A DNA stretch of 64,000 nucleotides, from assembly GCA_951406725.2 (NCBI GenBank), contig OX597823.1, positions 24,056,001-24,120,000 of the forward strand. Direction: 5' to 3'. Below are positions 1 through 64,000 of the stretch, piece by piece. Source of the DNA: Octopus vulgaris (Eukaryota). How positions within the stretch are numbered: the first letter of the stretch is position 1; the number at the start of each line of letters is the position of its first letter. The notes beneath the pieces are model-generated. The model made no database searches, was not told the origin of the DNA, and saw nothing but the letters and a program-made list of their open reading frames with translations. Both the position numbers and the translations under genes were made by a program.

Positions 1-370
1 AGTACTTAGAACCCTCCTAATAATCTTCACTGTCCCTAAGAGACAAACTGTTTGCAGGAGTTCTGCAGGGTATTCTATTTCAATTTCCTTCAGCCATTTG
101 TCTATATCTTTGTTTACAGTTCCCAATGCATCAGTTATAGGTACAGCCTTGACAGGTCTTATACCCCTAATTCTTCTTATTACAAATTTTAAAGGATAGT
201 ATTTATTTTGTTTTTCCTCCTCTTTCTTTTCCATCCTGGAATCAAATTGGCATGATAGGTCGATTAGTAAGCAACTTCACTTTTCCTTACCAATAATTGT
301 TATGTTCAGTCTATTGTCTTCTAACTTTTAAATAGGAAAGTCCCTCAAAATCTTACATTTTTCTGATTTT
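1..370 (-). mobile_element. 3' fragment of R4/Dong-like (restriction-like endonuclease) non-LTR retrotransposon
   Basis: Minus strand reads degenerate KIL.DFP...IEDNRLNITII...LLIDLSCQFD (RLE region), like the other R4-type pieces in the window. Confidence 0.55.
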
Positions 371-411
371 CTGGGACATTCCTATTCAAACAGACAAGAA
401 GTTATTATTAT

Positions 412-870
412 GAGCTGGCAGAATTGTTAGCATACCAGCCAAAATGCTTAATAATATTTCATCTACCACTACATTCTAATTTTGCCAAGGTTGACTTTGC
501 CTTTCATCCTTTTGGGGTCAGTGATATAAGTACCAGTTGAGCACTGGGGTCAATGTAATCGACTGTTCCCTTCCCCACAAATTTCAGGCCTGATACCTAT
601 AACAGAAAGGGTCATCATCATCATCATCATCATCATCATCAAGGCAGAAAGCTGGCAGAGTCGTTGCCACACCAGGCAAAATGTTTAGCAGTATTTCATC
701 CTTACATTCTGAGTTCAAATTCCACTGAAGTTGACTTTCATCTTTTGGGGATCAATAGAATAAGTACCAGTTGAGCACTAGTGTTGATGTAATTGACTAG
801 CTCCTTCCCCCAACATTTCAGGCCTGTGCCTATAATAGAAAGGATTATCCTTATGATTATTATTTATTAT
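412..870 (+). mobile_element. Two tandem tRNA-derived SINE copies (approx. 412-610 and 641-845) separated by (CAT)n
   Basis: Both carry gagctggcaga / gttgactttgcctttcatcc / taagtaccagttgagcact blocks, same family as the copy at 9896. Confidence 0.8.
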
Positions 871-899
871 TTCTTTTCGTTATAATTTTATTTCAGCTG

Positions 900-2250
900 C
901 CTTAGTACCAGGCATCCTCTGGAAGTTAAGAGTAGCAAGGACACTTTTGTTTTGCTATGGATGCTAAAATTATCACCACATTTATTCCATGTTAGATGGA
1001 GAGTGCTTTCTGTATTATATAGGCTGTATCCATCAAAGTTATCTTTTGTAGTTCACAGAGATTGGAGTTATCAGGGAGTTGCTTAAGATACTTCTCAGCT
1101 CCCTTCTTTATTATTCCCAATGCACTAATTACCACTGGTATTATTGAAATACTAAACTGCTACATTTTTGTGATTTAATTTGCAGATCTTTAAAGTGAGA
1201 AAGCTTTTCGTATTCCTTTCTTGAGGCATTTTGATCATGTGGGACTGACATATCTATTGACAAGTTCCTCCATTGTAGTCCTTGATCACAATGTCTGGTT
1301 GATTGGAGTCAGTTTTTCTCTCTGTTTGTATTGGGAAGTTCCAAAGGATGATGATGCCCTCACCATTTACTACATCTTCTGGATGGTGCCTGTACCACTT
1401 ATCATGGGATTTAATTTTGTAGTATTTACAAGCATTCCTGTGGATGTACTGCTCTAGTCTGTCATGTTTTACAAGGTACTCCTTTTCAGCAGGGACTTGG
1501 TAACCAGAAACAACATGATCAATTGTCTCTGAATTTTCTGCAAATTCCATCTTTAAGGACATTTGCATGGTAGTTTCTCGTAGGTAAGCTCTGACCTTGC
1601 ACTGCAGTAACAAACCATCTGTTTCCCCTTTCAGACTTCGATATTATTCATGCAAGCTTTCTTTGCTTTTCATTTGATGTTTTTTGCATCAATGATAGGT
1701 TTGTCACTATTTGGATCTCTTTGGTCTCTGATTGTTCATTTCTAAATAAGGAGAAGCAATGGTAGGTCTGTTAGTATTTGGGTGTCTTTGATCATTCTTA
1801 TTGTTAACTTGTAGGCCAAAAGACTTTTTAAATTTTTGACTAAGCTTCATGACTGACACTTGCTTGGAATCTTCATGTTTCAGTGCAGCTCATAAGAGCA
1901 CATCACTTGTCATATTAAGGTTTTCAAGGCCTATTATTGCTGATTTGAAGGATTATTCAAACTGTGTCAGGTCCCACCTATTTTTCTTGGGAGATAAGTC
2001 CTGTCTACAAATGATTTTGGATGATGCATTCAGTACCTTGTAAAGATTTTACAGATCTTTCCATCCACATTTTGCATGTCAGTGAGACTCCACTTATGAA
2101 TTTCCCTGACTTGAAAGTAGCCTTTGCACATTTATCAAGTCCGAATTCCATACCTATGGCAGAGCTGAATTCTTTGACAAAATTCAAGAGCTCTTCTAAT
2201 TCCTTGTCGTTTTTGACAAACAGTTTTAGATCATCCATATAGAGTAGATG
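900..2250 (-). mobile_element. Degenerate R4/Dong-like non-LTR retrotransposon (RT and RLE remnants)
   Basis: YMDDLKLF...IGMEFGLDKCA RT motif (ORF 2005-2238); ETIDHVVSG...HD...ILWNFPIQTE...NQPDIVIKD zinc knuckle/RLE (ORF 1254-1613). Confidence 0.8.
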
Positions 2251-2283
2251 ATTTATTTTCTGGTCAAAGATCTTATACTCTCT

Positions 2284-2451
2284 CTTCTTCTTCTTCTTCT
2301 TCTTCTTCTTCTTCTTCTTCTTCTTCTTCTTCTTCTTCTTCTTCTTCTTCTTCTTCTTCTTCTTCTTCTTCTTCTTCTTCTTCTTCTTCTTCTTCTTCTT
2401 CTTCTTCTTCTTCTTCTTCTTCTTCTTCTTCTTCTTCTTCTTCTTCTTCTT
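2284..2451 (+). repeat. Perfect (CTT)56 microsatellite
   Basis: Direct reading; explains the poly-L and poly-E ORFs. Confidence 0.97.
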
Positions 2452-2699
2452 CTCTAAAAATTTGCCTGGAGTTTTTCATGGTAAATTTGAGATTAAAAAA
2501 ATGTTTTCCATATTCTTAATCTCTGTATTTTTCCATGTACATTGAAGAATAGATGGTGAAAAGAGTTTTGTAGCATATTAGGAGGCCAAGGTAGTTGATT
2601 CCACACAAAAAATAAAATTTTCTTTTCTTAGTGAACATCGTGCAAGTGTTAATCTAAAAATTTACCAACCATTCATTTCTGTTTATGAAATTCTCTGTA

Positions 2700-2784
2700 C
2701 GTAATTTTGCTTTCTCGGTGGTCAAAGCAAATTATGACTGGCAAAGCAACAGTGAGAAAGAGAGACAGGTGTGTGAGTGTGTGT

Positions 2785-2841
<57 letters not shown>

Positions 2842-3060
2842 CACCCCACGTGTGTATCGTTGGCAATTTTCTTTCTCCATCTTCCTTTCCTTGGACCTTT
2901 CCTTTTTCTATGTTTCTGATGAAGATCTCCACTCGAAACATTAAATCCTCCTTCTTTTTTTCCTTTCCTGAGCGTCCAATAACACTATACTTGTTCCATG
3001 TCCTCACATTGTTGTGTTTTCTCTTTATTCATGTTTGGAGTAATTATATTTATTATAATT
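2700..3060 (+). mobile_element. Short repeat with internal (TA)n and a degenerate minimal hammerhead motif (Penelope-like terminal repeat or non-autonomous element)
   Basis: CTGATGA (2916-2922)...GAAAC (2935-2939) with damaged stem II; (TA)n at about 2787-2836. Confidence 0.45.
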
Positions 3061-3169
3061 ATATTTATTTTTGGTTTTTTATGTTTTGGTTTATGTCTAT
3101 CACTGTTTGAGTTGCCTAATAGTGGTTTTATCTCTAATTTAATTTATATATATATATATATATATACAC

Positions 3170-3590
3170 CCAGGCCTATTCTCCATTTTTTTAGGAGTGG
3201 GCAGCTACAACAAGACTCACACTGGGTATTCCATTCATTTCCCAGCTCAAAGAGGTGAGCCTCATCCTATTCTCGGGTCAGGGCATAGAGCGCAACCCCC
3301 AATATCAGCAGTGGGGTCCAACAGCATATGCTGGTTTACCCCCACCGCATCATATTGGTTCCATGCCTCTTTGAGCAATATCAAATTCATTCATTTGTCC
3401 ACAAACACTCTCCAAGCTTTCCTATCATTTATAAACTCTCTTGCCTCTTTCTCTCCAATACCTCTAACCATGAAAGCTTCCTTCACTCCATTCATCAACA
3501 CAAACTGAGATCTGCCTTTAGTTCTGCTGCCTACCACTTTTGCTTTCATCACCCTCCTTACCATCCACTCCTCATCCATCCTCTCCATAA
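3170..3590 (-). mobile_element. RTE-clade LINE 3' end fragment
   Basis: MERMDEEWMVRRVMKAKVVGSRTKGRSQFVLMNGVKE...DRKAWR, typical RTE ORF C-terminus. Confidence 0.7.
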
Positions 3591-3659
3591 TTTAGGTAAA
3601 AAACAATATAATCATACTAATAAGGATAATAAAAAAACTCATAAGTACAATTTTGAATA

Positions 3660-3990
3660 AGTAAAGGACTGATAATTTTCCAGATTCCCAAAATAAGCCT
3701 TTAAGTCTATGTTTACATATTAGAAGGATTTCAGAGTGCTTGTTAGGAATATTAGTATTGCATAATATTATGCCTAGTGTTCCTTCCAAGCAAAGGTTAC
3801 ACACTTTTGAGTATGCATTACACAGGCATTCATTTTGCATCACTGACCAAGTTGTGCTGTATGTATCTTTTTCTGTTTTCATATTAGGTCAGCAAGTAAA
3901 TCCTTTGTATTGTCCTTTGCATCTACTTTATGTTCACTAATGTACCAACCTCTATACATTTTGGTTCTTTCAATATTTGCATTTTTAAAT
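3660..3990 (-). mobile_element. Penelope-like element GIY-YIG C-terminal fragment
   Basis: AYSKVCNLCLEG...NKHSEILLICKHR motif (ORF 3592-3882). Confidence 0.65.
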
Positions 3991-4080
3991 TGATTGACTA
4001 TACTATTGTTAGATGTATATTTACTTTTTCATTTAGCACCTTACTTACATACTTACAAACATACATATAAATACATATTC

Positions 4081-4113
<33 letters not shown>

Positions 4114-4276
4114 TAAATATGCATGCATGTACATATGTGTGTGTGTGTCTGTATGTAAATTTTTTCAGTTTGATTCAGTCAATATCTTTTATTGTAACAT
4201 TGTTATTTTCTCCTCATTTCCGTCACCTCTTAACATACAAGGACCCTCTTATGTCAATATATCTTATCAATTTCAG

Positions 4277-61709
<57,433 letters not shown>

Positions 61710-62317
61710 GTAATGCAAATAGGTTCTTTCTTGTTGCCTCTGTCTAAGTAATTTTGTTTTAGTTTTGTTAAATGTATTTGACAGAGGAAGAATGGCTGTG
61801 GCCATAACAATTTCCATTGTATTTGATGGAAGGTAGAGAAGTTATCCTCAGACCAGAGAACTCTTCAAATGCTTGCAACAGGAAGAGATTCAGTAAAGCT
61901 TCTCAAGAGTCAGGCAATGGTATTAGTTTGGGGGATTATCTATGCATACCACACAAACTCAGGAAAAAGGGAATCTTGTTTACCTCAGCAGGCTTCCACA
62001 TAGTTTCCATCCACCAGATTTCATTCACAATGCCTGGTTTTTAAGTTGACTTTTAACATGCAACCAGAAGTCCACAACAGTACCACAGCTGTTAAGTGAA
62101 CTTAACACATCCACAGCTATACCTCAATTCATCTTGACCATTTTTCTCTTCATTTCTATGTTGACCTTTCTCTTCAATACATTGTGTCATCTTCGAAAAT
62201 TGTACAATACAATGCTCTGAGTCCTTCTTTACCAGAATTCAGTAATAATTTGAAGCTGACTTTGATACTTTAGTTATCATCTGGTCCAAAATCTTAAATG
62301 ATACAAATAATAATAAA

Positions 62318-64000
62318 TCTTCGTGGCTGGAGACTTTAATGGGCATGTTGGGCGGGAATCAGGTATCTTCACTGGGGTACATGGTGGCCAAGGTATTGCA
62401 CCTGAAATGATGAGGAAACTAGACTACTGGAATTCTGTGATGCATGTAACCTTTTAATCTGCAACACTAACATCAGGAAGCCAGACAGCCACCTTATAAC
62501 CTATCAGTCAGGGGACTCTGCTAGCCAGATAGATTTCATCCTCACCAGACAGCGGGATGCAGGGTTGCTCTTAAATACAAAGACCCTCCCGGGTGAAGAA
62601 TGAGATCCTCAGCATAGGCTAGTCATTAGTGACTTTAGGCGTGAAGCCAGAAGATACCAAGAAGCAGACCAATCCAGAAAAGAAGGATTTGGAAGCTAAA
62701 GAACCCTTCACATGGTCAGAGATTTAGGGACATCTTCATCAAGAAATTTGATGAGAGGGAGGAGGACCTACAGATGTCGGACATAGAAGGTAGCTGGAAA
62801 TTCCTACGGGACAGCTTGCTGAGTGCCACAGACCAAGTCTGCGGATGGTGCAAGGTCCCTTCCAGAGCTAGAGTTACGTGGTGGTGGAATAATACAGTAG
62901 ACAAAGCCATTAGAGCAAAGAAACAGGCCTGGAAAGCCTGGAGAGATGGAGGTAGCAGGGAACTGTACCAGGTAGCCAAAAGGGAGGCTAGGCAGCAGGT
63001 ATACATAGCCACGAGTGAAGCAGAAAAGAAGTTTGCCAATGTCCAGCAACGTGAGGACCAAAGAACTGAGGTATTTTGGATTGCAAGACAGTGTGTGAGA
63101 GAAAATTGTGATATCACAGGAGAGAAATGCATCCACATGGATGATGGTGCACTTGCTTTCAATGTTTCTGAAAAGAAAGAGGCTTCAAGAAGCAATTATG
63201 AGAGACTGCTGAATGTGGAGAATGAATGGGAGGAGGAGAGCCTTCCAAATGTTGACCCAGTAGCGGGACCAGCTATCCGAATAGACAGCTCCCTAGTAGA
63301 TAAAGAAATTAAGGGTATGAAACCAGGAAAAGCCCCCGGCCCATCAGCAATCCCTGCTGAGATGCTTAAAACATCTGGTGGTGTGGGCTATGGCCTAGTC
63401 ACCCGCATTGTAAACCAGGTAGTTCATAATGGAGTCATACCCAATGACTGGCGTAGCAGCACCATAGTTGACTGCTACAAGAGTAAAGGTAATGCTCTAG
63501 ATAGAAATAACTACAGGGGTATTAAACTGTTATATCAGGTGATGAAGGTCACAGAGAGGGTCATAGCCCATCTCATTAGGGAGAGGGTTTGCTTAGATGA
63601 GATGCAGTTCGGTTTTGTGCCGGGTAGAAGCACCACTGATGCCATATTCCTGGTTCGACAACTGCAGGAGAAATACCTACCTAAAGATAAATCCCTCGAC
63701 ATAGCTTTCGTGGACTTGGAGAAAGCTTTTGACAGGGTCCCCTGATCCCTTATCTGGTGGCCAATGCAGAAACTGGAGATTGACGAATGGTTAATAAAAG
63801 CTGTACAGGCCCTATACAGAGAGGCCATTAGTAAGGTTAGGATTGGCAACGAGTATAGTGAAGAAATCCGAGTAGATGTAGGGGTCCACCAAGGCTCAGC
63901 CCTCAGCCACTTTTTATTCATCATAGTCCTCCAGGCAATAACAGAGGAATTCAAGTCAGGTTGCCCCTGGCAGCTCCTCTATACTGATGACCTTGCCCTA
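62318..64000 (+). mobile_element. 5'-truncated RTE LINE, runs off the window end
   Basis: GDFNGHVG endonuclease motif; ORF 62774-63745; close paralog of 10386-12000. Confidence 0.95.

Noticed and set aside
2248-2479. Poly-Leu and poly-Glu ORFs; also IYIY/CVCV/THTH ORFs at 2.7, 17.8, 21.2, 32, 40.3 and 61 kb
   Set aside because: Translations of microsatellites.

Overview
AT-rich, microsatellite- and retroelement-dense animal genomic DNA. The SINE, RTE and Penelope content resembles octopus/coleoid cephalopod DNA (inference from recalled repeat families, not a search). The window appears to lie inside one large + strand multi-exon gene with no start or stop exon visible. It has 12 short, stop-free, phase 1-1 exons bounded by AG/GT, each encoding one extracellular module: compact Sushi/CCP-like (A, 171 nt x6), PAN/Apple type B (240 nt x3) and PAN/Apple type C (234/201/234 nt). 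Their order is strictly periodic, A-B-C-A|A-B-C-A|A-B-C-A (2415 nt, 805 codons in frame), consistent with triplication of a ~20 kb unit whose introns still align. The introns hold RTE LINEs (with a PHD-like C4HC3 finger inside the RT), R4/Dong-like LINE pieces, Penelope-like elements, tRNA-SINEs, a long-TIR mariner derivative and a Helitron-like element. Notable signals: an apparently intact type I hammerhead ribozyme on the sense strand of an intron (21100-21200), a tRNA-SINE with a hammerhead-like tail, a probable ~4.3 kb intronic inversion splitting an RTE at a hAT-like end, and short templated insertions copied from downstream intron sequence.
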